A DNA stretch of 64,000 bases from an uncultured delta proteobacterium (GCA_963793865.1 CAWCBP010000004.1:224001-288000), one strand, 5' to 3'. Numbered from the stretch's first letter, positions 33,920-45,234 are shown. Notes: generated from the sequence alone by a model not told the origin. A program made the numbers and translations.

Positions 33920-34289
33920 ATTGTTATCGTGGCCGACCCCAAGCCGCCATTCCGCGTACGCCCTGGCGGATCAGTGCAGGGGGGACAACCTCGTCTTCTT
34001 CGCAATCAAACGGTGATAAAGCACTGCTCTATAATAAGCGTATTAACCGGCTCAGGTTCTTTCCATCAGAAATTCCGACGGCCGGCACGAAATACGGATT
34101 TATTAAAATATCCTCCGGCAACATTTTCTCTGTTGAGCCTTCTATCCTCTCATACCAGCCTTCATTATTACCATTCCGCCTGGTAAGCATTAACTGCTAA
34201 ACTTACCCTGCAATACATCCGAAACATGTACAATAGGAACGCTGTGAATAGCTGCTTAACATTCCTGATGTACCAACATGTAGCCTGTT

Positions 34290-37052
34290 ATGTTGAAAAA
34301 AATTAGCATAGTCATTTTCCTGGCGTTTGCTGTTCTGCTTATCGGGAAATTATATTCCCTCCCCTCGTCCCGTTCCGATACCGTCGCTTCCTCTGTACAA
34401 TTGAATATATACGATGCCGAACAGCTAAAAGAGCTGCTGGATAAAAACCCTGCCCTCGTGAACAAAACTGATGATAACGGAAATACCGCCCTATGCAACG
34501 CGGCGCTTTACGGAAAACTTGATGCTGCCAAGCTTCTGCTGGAAAAAGGAGCAGATGTCAATGTCCGGTCGTCTCAATACCCCCCGCTTTACTGGGCGGC
34601 ATGGGGAGGCGATATGGAAATGGCAAAGCTTCTTTTGCGGTACAAAGCCGATGTCAACATCAGGAATGAAAGGGGCTGCACTCCTTTATATGAGGCCGCC
34701 CAGAAAGGTTTTGCTGACGTGGTAGAGCTGCTTGCCTCTCATGGGGCGGATGTGAACATGCCCGGGGAGTACGGCAGCACCGCGCTTCATCGTGCCGCGC
34801 AAAACGGTTACCTTGATACGGTGCGCGTCCTCCTTGAACATAAGGCAGATGTCAATCTAAAAGATGGAGGAGGCAGAACGGCCCTGCAGGCTGCAGCCGG
34901 CAATGGTCACACGGTGATTGTAGAACTTTTGGAAAGACAGGCACCGGAGATTGTTGACCAGAAGCTTCCCGGTTGGTCACGCCTGCACGAAGCGGTAAAA
35001 AATCAGGACATCGAAGAGATAAAGCGGCTGCTTGATACGGGCATGAATGTCAACATAGCTGATTGCAACGGGGTAACCGCTCTTCAAAATGCCGCAGAAG
35101 AAGGAACGGTTAACATCACCGCTTTTCTTTTGTCCCGTGGGGCAAATCCCAATATTGCTGATATTCCCAATGGCAACACACCGCTCCACAAGGCGGCCGG
35201 AAAAGGGCATAAAGACATCGTTGCATTACTGTTAGACCATCAGGCGAAGGTTGATTCAGTTACTACAATCGGGCTGACGCCCCTGTGGATGGCCGCTGCC
35301 GCCGGCCATGCCGAGGCTGCAGAAGTGCTGCTATCACGCGGGGCCGATGTAAACACCGCCAATAAAAGCGGTATTACCGCCTTGCGAAAGGCCGCCATAA
35401 ATCAGCACACAAAGGTGACCGACTTGCTTTTGCAAAACGGGGCTACAATGGATGTGTTTACCGCGGCGGCCCTTGGAAGGACTGACCTGGTAGTACCATT
35501 TCTGGACAAAGATCCAAAAGCAGCCGGTTCGCGCGATCATGAAGGCTACACCCTTCTTCACATTGCTGCACGCTATGGCCACTATCCGCTCATTGAGTTT
35601 CTTGCACAGCAAAAGATTGATGTAAACGCCCGCAATCTTCAGCGGCAAACACCTCTGCATATGTCAGCAGCTTTTGGCTACCGGGATTGCGCTCAGTTGC
35701 TCTTAAGAAACGGTGCGGAGGTTGATGCAGGGGATATGGGTAAGATGACTCCGCTTCATCTTGCCGCACTGAAAGGACATGCTGATATGGCTGCCCTGCT
35801 GCTTTCTCAGGGAGCGGCTGCAAATACCAGAACCGCCAGAACGCAGGGTCTCGCATCACTTGCGTCCTATGCCGCCTCTACTGACTACGGAACGCTCTCC
35901 GAAGATGTCATGATGGATATCTTTACGTCGGCCGGTTATTGCAGTCCGCTTCATTTCGCTGCCTCCTGCGGTAAAAAGGAGGTTGCCGCGCTGCTGATCA
36001 GCAAAGGCGCTGACATGCAAGCCAAAGACGGCCGCAACAACACGCCGCTTCACTGGGCGGCACACCATGGTGGGACGGATATAGCTGAACTGCTGCTTGC
36101 CCGGGGCGCAGACATTAACGCAAAGAATAGTTCCAAAAAGACCCCGTTAATGGCGGCCATAGAAAATTATCAAAAAAGCATGGTGGCATTGCTGCTTGAC
36201 CGGGGGGCGGATGTTGGGTTGAAAGATGAGATCGGTTGTACTCCGCTCTTTATCGCCATTTTTAATCACTTTACCGATATAGCCGAACTACTCCTGCAAA
36301 AAGGCGCTGATCCCAACCAGAAAGCCTTGACCAGCTCATCGCTGGTCCAGGCTGCAGTATTTCGAGATGTTCTGGAAACGACGCCGCTGGAGGCTGCAAT
36401 TCAGCAGGGATGCACCGGCATAGTCGAAATCCTGCTCAAGCGCTATAAAGTACCGGTGGATACCCGAAATGGAGAAGGATTTACCCCTCTGCATGATGCT
36501 GCGCTAAATGGCAAGGCAGAAATCGCACGCCTGCTGATCGAGTATGGTGCTGATGTTAACGCCATGAGCAAATATAATACACCCCTGCTCATAGCTGCGA
36601 CGTATGGCAACATCGACGTGGCAAAATTGCTTATTAAGTCCAAAGCAGACGTAAATGCTAAGGATGGTTCGGGCCGTACTGCTTTAACCCTGGCTATACA
36701 GCCTCCCGGCAACTATGACCGGGGAAGCAGAGAGCTTGTGAAATTACTCCTTGATAACGGAGCCCAGGACGACAGGGCGCTGCATACCGCGGTAGGAACG
36801 GGAAGGCAGGATCTTGTGGACCTCATTTTACAATACCGGCCGGATATCAACGTGCGGGACCAGTATGGCCGTACCGCGCTTCATCTTGCAGTAGGTGATG
36901 AAAATATCGACATGGTACAACTGCTCCTGGAGAAAGGGGCTGACGTTAACGCCAAAGACTCCCAGGGACATACTCCCCTGTATGATACATGGGGCGGCAG
37001 CGGCCATGCAAGGCGCATTAAGGAACTGCTCAGGAAACATGGAGGTGTGTAA
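34290..37052 (+). CDS. ankyrin-repeat protein with N-terminal signal/anchor
   Basis: Many G-x-TPLH-x-AA...LL-xx-GAD-VN repeats over 920 aa. Confidence 0.93.
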   Translation: MLKKISIVIFLAFAVLLIGKLYSLPSSRSDTVASSVQLNIYDAEQLKELLDKNPALVNKTDDNGNTALCNAALYGKLDAAKLLLEKGADVNVRSSQYPPLYWAAWGGDMEMAKLLLRYKADVNIRNERGCTPLYEAAQKGFADVVELLASHGADVNMPGEYGSTALHRAAQNGYLDTVRVLLEHKADVNLKDGGGRTALQAAAGNGHTVIVELLERQAPEIVDQKLPGWSRLHEAVKNQDIEEIKRLLDTGMNVNIADCNGVTALQNAAEEGTVNITAFLLSRGANPNIADIPNGNTPLHKAAGKGHKDIVALLLDHQAKVDSVTTIGLTPLWMAAAAGHAEAAEVLLSRGADVNTANKSGITALRKAAINQHTKVTDLLLQNGATMDVFTAAALGRTDLVVPFLDKDPKAAGSRDHEGYTLLHIAARYGHYPLIEFLAQQKIDVNARNLQRQTPLHMSAAFGYRDCAQLLLRNGAEVDAGDMGKMTPLHLAALKGHADMAALLLSQGAAANTRTARTQGLASLASYAASTDYGTLSEDVMMDIFTSAGYCSPLHFAASCGKKEVAALLISKGADMQAKDGRNNTPLHWAAHHGGTDIAELLLARGADINAKNSSKKTPLMAAIENYQKSMVALLLDRGADVGLKDEIGCTPLFIAIFNHFTDIAELLLQKGADPNQKALTSSSLVQAAVFRDVLETTPLEAAIQQGCTGIVEILLKRYKVPVDTRNGEGFTPLHDAALNGKAEIARLLIEYGADVNAMSKYNTPLLIAATYGNIDVAKLLIKSKADVNAKDGSGRTALTLAIQPPGNYDRGSRELVKLLLDNGAQDDRALHTAVGTGRQDLVDLILQYRPDINVRDQYGRTALHLAVGDENIDMVQLLLEKGADVNAKDSQGHTPLYDTWGGSGHARRIKELLRKHGGV

Positions 37053-37094
37053 GGTGAACTTTTGGGAATGGTATTTTCATCATACGCCGGGCAA

Positions 37095-37734
37095 CTACAA
37101 ATGGATCAGGCTGCGCTTCATTGCTCCATAGGTCTCCCGGTCCTTTGCCGCCAGGGCGGATGCCCGGCTGACTGCCTTTTGCAAAACCTCCTCTGCCGGG
37201 CACGCCTCATCAACAACTCCCAAACGCACTGCCTCTTCCCCTCCGATGCGTCTTCCGGTCAAAAGCAGGTCCCGAAGTACCGGGGGCGCGAGCTTCCGCT
37301 TCAAGAGCGACATCATTCCTGGCGGGGATGGCCACCTTCAGGTCAATCTCGGGCAAACAAAGGTATCCCCGGTCGGCGCGCATGTACCGGTAGTCGCACG
37401 CCAGGGCAACCAGCGCCCCCATCCCGAAGGCATGCCCGTTAATGGCGGCAACGGTGGGAAGAGGGAAGTCAAGCAGCCTGTCCAATAATTCGACAGACTT
37501 TTCCATAAGCAGTGTTCGTTCGTCACCGGTGGCAGTGGAGAAATACTCCAGGTCAAATCCCGTGGAGAAGACTTTGCCGTCACCCGTTACCACCAGGCAG
37601 GCCTCGCCGGCGGAGTTCTGTATTGTGTCCAGCGCCGTGTGCATTTCGGCAATGAGATCCGGTGAAAACGCGCCGTCTTTCTTTAATCGAAAAATAAATA
37701 CAGGCGGATTGTGCTCCAGCGTGCTGTAGTTCAT
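37095..37734 (-). CDS. enoyl-CoA hydratase/isomerase family; frameshift near 37325
   Basis: FSTGFDL, PTVAAINGHAFGMG, ACDYR, LPEIDL, EAVRLGVVD. Confidence 0.85.
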
Positions 37735-37771
37735 GGGCAATGCTTTCCTCCATAAAAAGGTTCGGAATTCC

Positions 37772-37812
37772 GGGGACACCATACTTAATTCTGAATTAAG
37801 TATGGTGTCCCC
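37772..37812. repeat. palindrome with GGGGAC ends (REP-like)
   Basis: GGGGACACCATACTTAATTCTGAATTAAGTATGGTGTCCCC. Confidence 0.7.
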
Positions 37813-37989
37813 CGATGCCGGATGCAAGAACATAAGGCAACATTCATAAAATTGAAAAACTATTAATACAAAATGCAGGAATGTGCAATTCTATTTCTTC
37901 TGCCCGGGCTTTGCCCCACACATGACGGGGGAACGAGGTCGAATTACCGGATATGCAAGCAAGGGGAGCCATGGTTTGCGTGAATGTCG

Positions 37990-38106
37990 GTAGGAGAGCC
38001 ATCAGGCGCGATCGAAAAGGCTCAAAGTCCGATCCTACCGGCCGTCATAAAAATAAGCCGTGTCATGATAGAGAAGGTTGTCATTTCGAGCGAATGCGAG
38101 AAATCT
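37990..38106. repeat. degenerate REP-like copies (GTAG type and GTCATT half)
   Basis: GTAGGAGAGCCATCAGGCGCGAT...TCCTAC; TGTCATTTCGAGCGAATGCGAGAAATCT. Confidence 0.6.
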
Positions 38107-38306
38107 TTTGAATAATAATATGTTCCCGGTCATGCCACCCCTCAGAAATACTTAAGGGGCTTTTTCTTATTCAGCGCAGGCCGTGATATTCCATAGTTTT
38201 TGAATGGCTCTGCGTATTGCAAGACCCCAAAAATAAGGTTTTTCGAAGCATAAAATCAGGGTTCTGCCTATTGTGTTTTATGCCATTTTGTGACTATAAA
38301 TATGTA

Positions 38307-38452
38307 ATATAAAACGATAAAGCCAAACCCCGAGTGATCGGGGGACGGAAAGCCACAGTTCTATTGCAGTAGTTAGAACGTGCTTTTAGATTTGGTTAAT
38401 AGAAGGCTGGACTGCCGAATGTATGAGTCAAAAAATACAGAGGCAGTTTTTT
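38307..38452 (+). promoter_or_regulatory. c-di-GMP-I (GEMM-I) riboswitch with overlapping terminator
   Basis: GCCAAACCCCGA-GTGA-TCGGGGACGGAAAGCC...GGCTGGACTGCCGAAT; ACTGCCGAATGTAT can pair with ATACAGAGGCAGT followed by a T run. Confidence 0.85.
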
Positions 38453-38491
38453 AATTTTAAGATCGCATAACCCAATAAAAGGAGGTCTGCC

Positions 38492-39733
38492 ATGTTGAAG
38501 AAACTATCATTAGCGCTTGCTTGTTTATTGGTGCTTTCAGTTACATCGGTCATGGCACAACCAGTTCCTGACTTCTGTGAAGGGAACTTTGATTGTGACC
38601 AGGATGTAGACGGAACGGATGCATTTGATTTCAAGGCCGATTTCGGGAGAAGCATAATCTTGAATCCCTGTCCATATCTTGATGATTGCCCCAGCCCCTG
38701 GGCTCCGTGTCCGGCCGGGATGCTCCTCTGCAATAATTCCTGCGTTGATCCTCAGACTGATGAGGCCCACTGCGGCGGGTGCAGTGTTCCCTGCAACGGG
38801 ATGTGCGTGGCAGGCGAATGTCAGCAGGATAATCCTTTACCCGATCTGATAATTCAGAAAATGGTGGTGGATCCCATCCAGCCCATTCAGGGACAAACGG
38901 CAACAATTGAGATAACGGTAAAGAACCAGGGACAAGCGGAATCAGGAATGTGCTGGCTTGATTGGTATAGTAATCTGGACACACCTCCGATACCGGATCA
39001 AGCGGGGAATCAATTTATTCAGATACCAGTACTTGCCCCATCGGAGACTTATACCTGGCAGACTAATTATGTTTATAATAGCGTTGGCGACTTCAACATG
39101 TATGCCTTTGTAGATTCCTTCAGCGAGATGGCGGAATCAATCGATGACAATAATGTCTATGGGCCCTATGGGATACATGTAGCAATCCCGGCACTATTGC
39201 CCAGGACAGGACTGACCATATCGTATGCCACAGGTGATGATGGATATTATCAACAAGGGGTTGCATGGCCGAATCCGAGGTTTACGGATAATCTCAATGG
39301 GACAGTAACTGACAATCTGACCGGGCTTATCTGGCTGAAGGATGCCAGTTGTTCCTCCTTCTTTGCACCATTATCATGGAATGCGGCTTTAGCAGCCTGC
39401 AATGGATTATCCGCCGGATATTGTGGATTAACTGATGGCTCAAGTGCCGGTGACTGGCGGCTTCCCAATAGAAATGAGTTAAACAGTCTGGTCGATGTTC
39501 GCTATACCGGTCCTGCATTGTGTAATACCTCAGGCACAGGGCAGTGGACATCGGGCGATCCATTTATTAACGTGCAGTCCAGCAACTTCTACTGGACATC
39601 TACTGTCTTAAGCGTCAGCGCACCCGCAGGTGCTTGGAAGGTGGGCATGGGAGGTGGTGACATATACATCAGCATGACAAGTGAAGCCCTCTGGGTGTGG
39701 CCTGTCCGAGGAGGATATTATTTGGTGATTTGA
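38492..39733 (+). CDS. secreted protein: dockerin-like module, Cys-rich segment, CARDB-like domain, DUF1566 (C-type-lectin fold) domain
   Basis: CEGNFDCDQDVDGTDAFDFKADFGRS; LPDLII...VKNQG; RFTDNLNGTVTDNLTGLIW, DWRLPNRNEL, YWTST, VWPVRGG. Confidence 0.85.
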   Translation: MLKKLSLALACLLVLSVTSVMAQPVPDFCEGNFDCDQDVDGTDAFDFKADFGRSIILNPCPYLDDCPSPWAPCPAGMLLCNNSCVDPQTDEAHCGGCSVPCNGMCVAGECQQDNPLPDLIIQKMVVDPIQPIQGQTATIEITVKNQGQAESGMCWLDWYSNLDTPPIPDQAGNQFIQIPVLAPSETYTWQTNYVYNSVGDFNMYAFVDSFSEMAESIDDNNVYGPYGIHVAIPALLPRTGLTISYATGDDGYYQQGVAWPNPRFTDNLNGTVTDNLTGLIWLKDASCSSFFAPLSWNAALAACNGLSAGYCGLTDGSSAGDWRLPNRNELNSLVDVRYTGPALCNTSGTGQWTSGDPFINVQSSNFYWTSTVLSVSAPAGAWKVGMGGGDIYISMTSEALWVWPVRGGYYLVI

Positions 39734-39920
39734 GTTATTGGTAATTATCAAATTCAACTATGGTTGCAGATCGCTTTGGAACACATTCCCCGCGTATGCT
39801 TCAGTTGTGAATCGGTGTGAGTGCTGTTGAGGAGGGATTATCGGAAGGGGTTTGAAAAAAGATAGAATAGTTTAAGGTGGATGCGTGATGTAATACTAGC
39901 CAAATATATTTGAAATTTCG

Positions 39921-39970
39921 GTAGGAGCGCCTTCAGGCGCGATGCATTCGCGGCTCAAAGCCGCTCCTAC
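39921..39970. repeat. GTAG-type REP
   Basis: GTAGGAGCGCCTTCAGGCGCGAT...AGCCGCTCCTAC. Confidence 0.8.
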
Positions 39971-40070
39971 CGGTTATAAATGTTTCTGAAGAGAAAAATT
40001 CTCAGATTTGGGCCCGTAAGAACCATTCACTTAGCGCATGTGGAGTATCTCCATGAGTGCCGCCGGCAAA

Positions 40071-40118
40071 CATAACCCCGCTTTTCTCAGATGGAGAAAT
40101 CTGAGAGGGCGGGGTTTA
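40071..40118. repeat. hairpin repeat, copy 1 (copy 2 at 59636)
   Basis: CATAACCCCGCTTTTCTCAGATGG...TCTGAGAGGGCGGGGTTT. Confidence 0.75.
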
Positions 40119-40153
40119 TTATTGCAATGATCAAACGTAAAAAGGGGGGCAAC

Positions 40154-42480
40154 ATGAAGAAAATACTATTTATTCTGATAGCAGTTGCAGCAGCCTGTGT
40201 TTTTCAGATCGCCGGATTTCAAACTATCGCGAACGCAGCATGGGGTGAAGACGTCCTTGTTACAAATTACATTCCCGATTACTCTTCAGTGAAGCCCTCC
40301 ATGGACGAAGCACCCAATGGAGATCTTTACATTGTCGTGGAGGAAAATCCATGGATGCGAGTTTATAAATCAACGGATGGTGGCGAAACCTGGGAGTGGC
40401 TCATGCAATTTGCAAGTGGAAACATTAGCAATGTAAATCCCTCCCTTGCCTATGCTGCAGGATCCGAGGACTGGGTTTTTATAACATGGGAGGTCATAGA
40501 GCTAGACGACTCAAGGTCTATCTTGCTTTATCGTTTTGATCCTACTAATCATAACAGTAGCTGGGCTGATATTGCATCTGGCATATACATGCCCCCTGAT
40601 CTTCATATCCAGCCTGAGATATGCACAGATACCCCATACTATTACGCCACTTACTATGTGTACGTCACTTACAGTGTCGAAGGTACTTACCTACTACCCG
40701 GTTTATTTTTCCCGAAGCATTGATAAAGGCCTGACTTGGAGCACACCCGTGGAAGTCACTGGCGGTGTAGGAATGAGCTCCGGCTGGCAAACCCAACCGG
40801 ACATTGCTTACGGCCCCTCTGGATTGTACATTGCTTTTGAAAAAATGGGATGGAATGGCTCCAGCTGGACTAATCAGATCTGGGTCACAAAAAGTACAGA
40901 TTATGGGTCTAATTGGAATACCCCAGTTCAAGTTACCTCATCTTCAGTGGATTAGATACCATCCCCGAATAGCCGTGGCTAGTAATGGTACGGTAATGGT
41001 GGCGTATACAATCGACTATAGAGGTGGGGATTTGGATATTTAATCGCATTATAGCACTGATGGAGGCACAACCTGGAATTTTGCAGGTCTGCCATGGACC
41101 TATGATGAGGAGGAGGAAGTTGAGTTGGCAGTCAGCACTAATAACGGCCGCTTCCATGCCGCCTACTGGAGGTACGGATATATCTGGTATTCGTGGGCCG
41201 ACGCGACTAATCCTGGGCTAGGCTGGTCAACTCCGGCGATTATTGTCAACGAGTTTAATACTGCCAGCTATAGTTACATAAGACCGACAGTGTGCCCGAA
41301 TCCAACATTGCCAGTGGAGCAAGAGGCGTGCGTTGCCTGGACTGATGTCCGCAATGCATTAATCTCTTATGACGTCTATTTTGATCATGTTTCCGTTTGT
41401 GGAGATGGTTGGATAAGCAGCGAGGAGCAGTGTGATGACGGCAATACCTTAAGTGGTGACTGCTGCAGTGCTACACTGTACATATGAGCCGGCAGGCAGT
41501 CTCTGCTCCGATGGGCTGTTTTGCAATGGTAATGAGACATGTAATGGTTCGGGAGGATGCCAGCTCAGCGCCGGAGATCCCTGTCTCGCTTTCCCCGGCA
41601 CCGTCTGCAATGAGACAACCGATACCTGTGATCCTGCACAAGTATGCGGCAACGGGGCTTTAGAGGGTAGTGAGCAGTGTGATGACGGCAATACTGTAAA
41701 CGCTGACTGCTGCAGCGCTACCTGTATTTTTGAGGCTTTCGGAAGTCCCTGCGGCAACCAGGATACTACCGCCTGCACTGACCCTGATAGCTGTACCGGG
41801 GACGGCTATTGCTCACCACGCAACCAGCCGGCAGGCACCCAATGCAACACTGACGGCAACATGTGTACCGACGATGAATGTGACGGTTTAGGTATCTGTA
41901 TCCACGTCAACAACACCGATCCCTGTGATGATTATCTCTTCTGCACCGGCGCCGACACCTGTTCCGGCGGTACCTGCTCCGTCCATAGCGGTGATCCCTG
42001 TTTTCCCCTGCTCTGTGATGAAATAACCGATACCTGCGGCGGGTCTGACTTTGATGGTGACGGTGTCCCGGACAGCCTGGACAACTGCATCTACCAGTAT
42101 AATCCCGGCCAGGAAGACGCTTGACAGCGATGGCATGGGAGATGCCTGTGACAACTGCCCCCGCCTTTATAACCAGTACCAGGAAGACACCTACCCCCCG
42201 CAGACCAATGGATGCGGGGATGCCTGTGAGTGTGAGGGAAATTTCAATGGCTGGGAGGATGAGGACGTTGACGGTAGTGATGCCTTTATCTTCAAGACCG
42301 ATTTCGGCAGGAGCAGGATATTAGATCCCTGCACCAATGCAGACCCCTGCAACGGTGACTTTACCTGTGACTATGATGTGGACGGCACCGATGCCTTTAC
42401 CTTCAAGTCAGATTTCGGAAGGAGCAGTCATTTTGAACCCCTGCCCCTACTGTGTAACCATACCCTGGTGCATGTATTGA
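40154..42480 (+). CDS. secreted BNR/Asp-box propeller with Cys-rich (CGDG...EQCDDGN) repeats, TSP3-like Ca repeats and tandem dockerin-like C-terminus; several frameshifts
   Basis: STDGGETW, SIDKGLTW, STDYGSNW, STDGGTTW Asp-boxes across frames; DGDGVPDSLDNC; two GxFxxDxDVDGxDAFxFKxDFGRS. Confidence 0.75.
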
Positions 42481-42531
42481 GGGGTGATATGCGATCTGAG
42501 ATATGCGATATGGGATGTGGGATAAAGAAAA

Positions 42532-42657
42532 TATAGTAAACGACTTTAAGAAATTGACATACAGAATGTCATTGCGAGCGCCAGCGAAGCAATCTCATTA
42601 GATTGCCGTGTCGCTTGCGCTCCTCGCAATGACTACTTTCTGTTGTCGTTTACTATA
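42532..42657. mobile_element. MITE-like element with perfect 13-bp TIR enclosing a GTCATT-type REP
   Basis: TATAGTAAACGAC...GTCGTTTACTATA around TGTCATTGCGAGC...CTCCTCGCAATGAC. Confidence 0.7.
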
Positions 42658-42722
42658 GTCGGTAAGGAAGACAAAAGACGAACGTCAAACATAAAGCAAC
42701 GCTATTCAAAAGGAGGTCTGCC

Positions 42723-44160
42723 ATGTTTAAGAAACTATCGTTGGTGATTGCTTGTTTATTGATGTTTGCAGTAACGCCGGTGATGGCGCAGGTTGACTAC
42801 TGTGAAGGCAATTTTGACAACGATCAGGACCAGGATGGATCGGACGCGTTTGTGTTTAAACAGGACTTCGGCAGAAGTTCGCTATTGGATCCCTGCCCGG
42901 TGATAGAGTGCCAGACCGCCGAACAATTGGAAATGCGGATTGCGCAGCTGGAAGCACTTACTGGCAAATGTAACCAGAGTTACTGTGGACGAACGGGATA
43001 CGATACGGTTTAGTGGAGTGAATGTGCAGATTGTTGATGGAAGCGGGACAACAGACGGAACCGTCAATGGTCTGGGTAACCTGATTGTAGGATATAACGA
43101 GCTTCGCGGCAGTCTTGATAATCGCACAGGATCACACAATATCGTGGTCGGTCGTGAACATAACTATTCATCTTATGGCGGATTGGTGGCGGGCAGTTTG
43201 AATACTATTACAGCGCCCTATGCCAGCGTGAGCGGCGGCCGGAACAATTCAGCACGATACGCTTATTCCAGCGTGAGCGGAGGAGAATTTAATACCGCAT
43301 TGGGTTACGGTGACAGTGTCAGCGGAGGTCATCATAACATAGCAAACGGCCAATATGCCAGCGTGAGCGGCGGATATAGTAATGAAGCGAGCGGGGAGGG
43401 CGCCAGCGTGAGCGGCGGGTATGATAGTACGGCAACCGGTGACTATGCGACCGTGAGCGGGGGTAGTCAAAATAGTGCGAGCAATTGGTCCGCCAGCGTG
43501 AGCGGGGGCAGATATAATCAAGCACTGGGATCCTGGTCATTTGTAGGCGGGGGCGGAAATGATGAAGCCGGATATGGCAACAAGGCATTTGCTGACTTTT
43601 CAGCAATACTGGGAGGCACTTTTAACACTGCAGGTGATCCAAATCTCGTCGACACTTCCATTGGCATATATTCCAGTATAAGCGGGGGTGTTATTAATCT
43701 TGCAAGCGGTTGGGGTGCAAGTGTGAACGGTGGCACATATAATGAAGCAAGCGGTTATTCCGCAAATGTAAGCAGTGGCTACAATAACAAGGCAATCGGA
43801 GATTACTCCTTCGTAGGTGGGGGTGGCAATGAGAATCCTGACTACGCAAATTACGCGGTTGGTAACTATTCGGCAATACTGGGGGGTGCACGGAACACAG
43901 CAGGGGATCCGAGTCATACCGAAACCGTCATCGGAACCTATTCCAGTGTCAGTGGTGGATATGATAATACGGCAAGCGGCCAGTATGCCAGCGTGAGCGG
44001 GGGAGAGCACAATACAGCAAGCGCCACTTCTGCCAGCGTGAGCGGGGGATTTATTAATACAGCAAGCGGGGCATGGTCCAGCGTGAGCGGCGGGAACAGC
44101 CAAAGCGTAACCGGTTTTGATGATTGGCGAGGCGGCTCCTGCTTCTTTTGCGAAAATTAA
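42723..44160 (+). CDS. secreted fibre-like protein: N-terminal dockerin-like module, coiled coil and 15-aa SVSGG repeats; frameshift near 42960
   Basis: CEGNFDNDQDQDGSDAFVFKQDFGRS; EQLEMRIAQLEAL; (xxSVSGGxxNxAxGx)n. Confidence 0.8.
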
Positions 44161-44182
44161 ATTATAGCCCGCCGTTGAATTA

Positions 44183-44279
44183 AGGGGACGTTGTTTCCTG
44201 GAACAACTTATTTTCCCTGAGCACAATGCATCATCGGAAGCTGCATAAATTATAGGTTGCTCAGGAACCGGCGTTCCCT
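44183..44279. repeat. AGGGGACG-ended MITE/REPIN-like element
   Basis: AGGGGACGTTGTTTCCTGGAACAACTT...AGGTTGCTCAGGAACCGGCGTTCCCT; relatives at 56130 and 46473. Confidence 0.65.
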
Positions 44280-44280
44280 T

Positions 44281-45117
44281 TTATTTCCCCGGCGGTTTGT
44301 TCTGTTGCCGGTTGTCTGAAGTGCTCCCCCGGCGCGATCCCCGCTTTCCACGCGTGGCAACCTGAACAAGATTATCACATTGTGCATACCCTTCGGGAAT
44401 GGAAAACAGCCCGGCCTCCGGTTCGGTTGTTTCAATATTTTTAAATGTGGTGACGCTGGTTCCCGGTTTTCCCCGGAGCGGTTTAAAATCGACGGCTATT
44501 TTTACGGGAAACCCCTTGAGCTCCTTTGCAAGCCATGCGGTAATATCATTTTGAGTCCCGTTTGCCATGGTCATGATGATGTGCACCTTTTTGCAGTCGA
44601 TGCCGTCCACAGTCTCCGACCCCAGATCTTCCTGTTTTTCAATCTTTGCCTTCCCGTCACGCTTTTTCTGAAATTGCCCGAGCATTTCAAGGACATCATC
44701 GGGATCAACTTTGACGTACGCCTCTTTCAGGGGAAAGACTATATACGCCTGCTTCTCAAGCAGTTCATCCAGGATAAAACAATCGGTAAGCCTGATTGAA
44801 TCCTTGCCCGGAACTTCCAGCTCACTTTTGAGGTCTATCCTGACATTGGAAAGACCTTTTTTATATACCTTGCCGTCAACGGTCACGGTTCTGCCCAGGA
44901 CTTTGGTTGTGTTCGCCATGTCGGCCGACAGGGAGATATTGATTGTTTCCCAGTCCAGGTAATCGGTGATGCGGGAAAGGTCAATGCCCGCGGCATCGAG
45001 GACGTTTTCAACCCCAAGGGTTTCGACCGCTTTCCCGATCCGGCCAAGATCAACGGCTACACTCTCGCCCGGCACGAGCAGCATGGCCATGCCCGCAAAC
45101 AAAAATAATTTTTTCAT
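44281..45117 (-). CDS. secreted DUF4412-like protein
   Basis: Signal peptide; LGSETVDGIDCKK, WLAKELKGFPVK, LFSIPEGY. Confidence 0.7.
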   Translation of the reverse strand: MKKLFLFAGMAMLLVPGESVAVDLGRIGKAVETLGVENVLDAAGIDLSRITDYLDWETINISLSADMANTTKVLGRTVTVDGKVYKKGLSNVRIDLKSELEVPGKDSIRLTDCFILDELLEKQAYIVFPLKEAYVKVDPDDVLEMLGQFQKKRDGKAKIEKQEDLGSETVDGIDCKKVHIIMTMANGTQNDITAWLAKELKGFPVKIAVDFKPLRGKPGTSVTTFKNIETTEPEAGLFSIPEGYAQCDNLVQVATRGKRGSRRGSTSDNRQQNKPPGK

Positions 45118-45234
45118 ACGCTGTTCCCGCCTCAATACCTGTTATAGACCTGCTTCATATAATACGATAGCACACCGGGTTCAAAAAAAACAGGGGCGTT
45201 ATCCAATAGCAGGCCGGGGGCTATAGGCTATGTA

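Noticed and set aside
38307..38452. 3',3'-cGAMP (GEMM-Ib) specificity, plausible for a deltaproteobacterium
   Set aside because: The specificity position is G rather than A in all three copies; not excluded without a binding assay
43222..44095. CCAGCGTGAGCGG recurring about every 45 bp, resembling a CRISPR repeat-spacer array
   Set aside because: In-frame coding repeat (15-aa SVSGG unit); repeat too short, intervening DNA conserved at protein level, no cas genes
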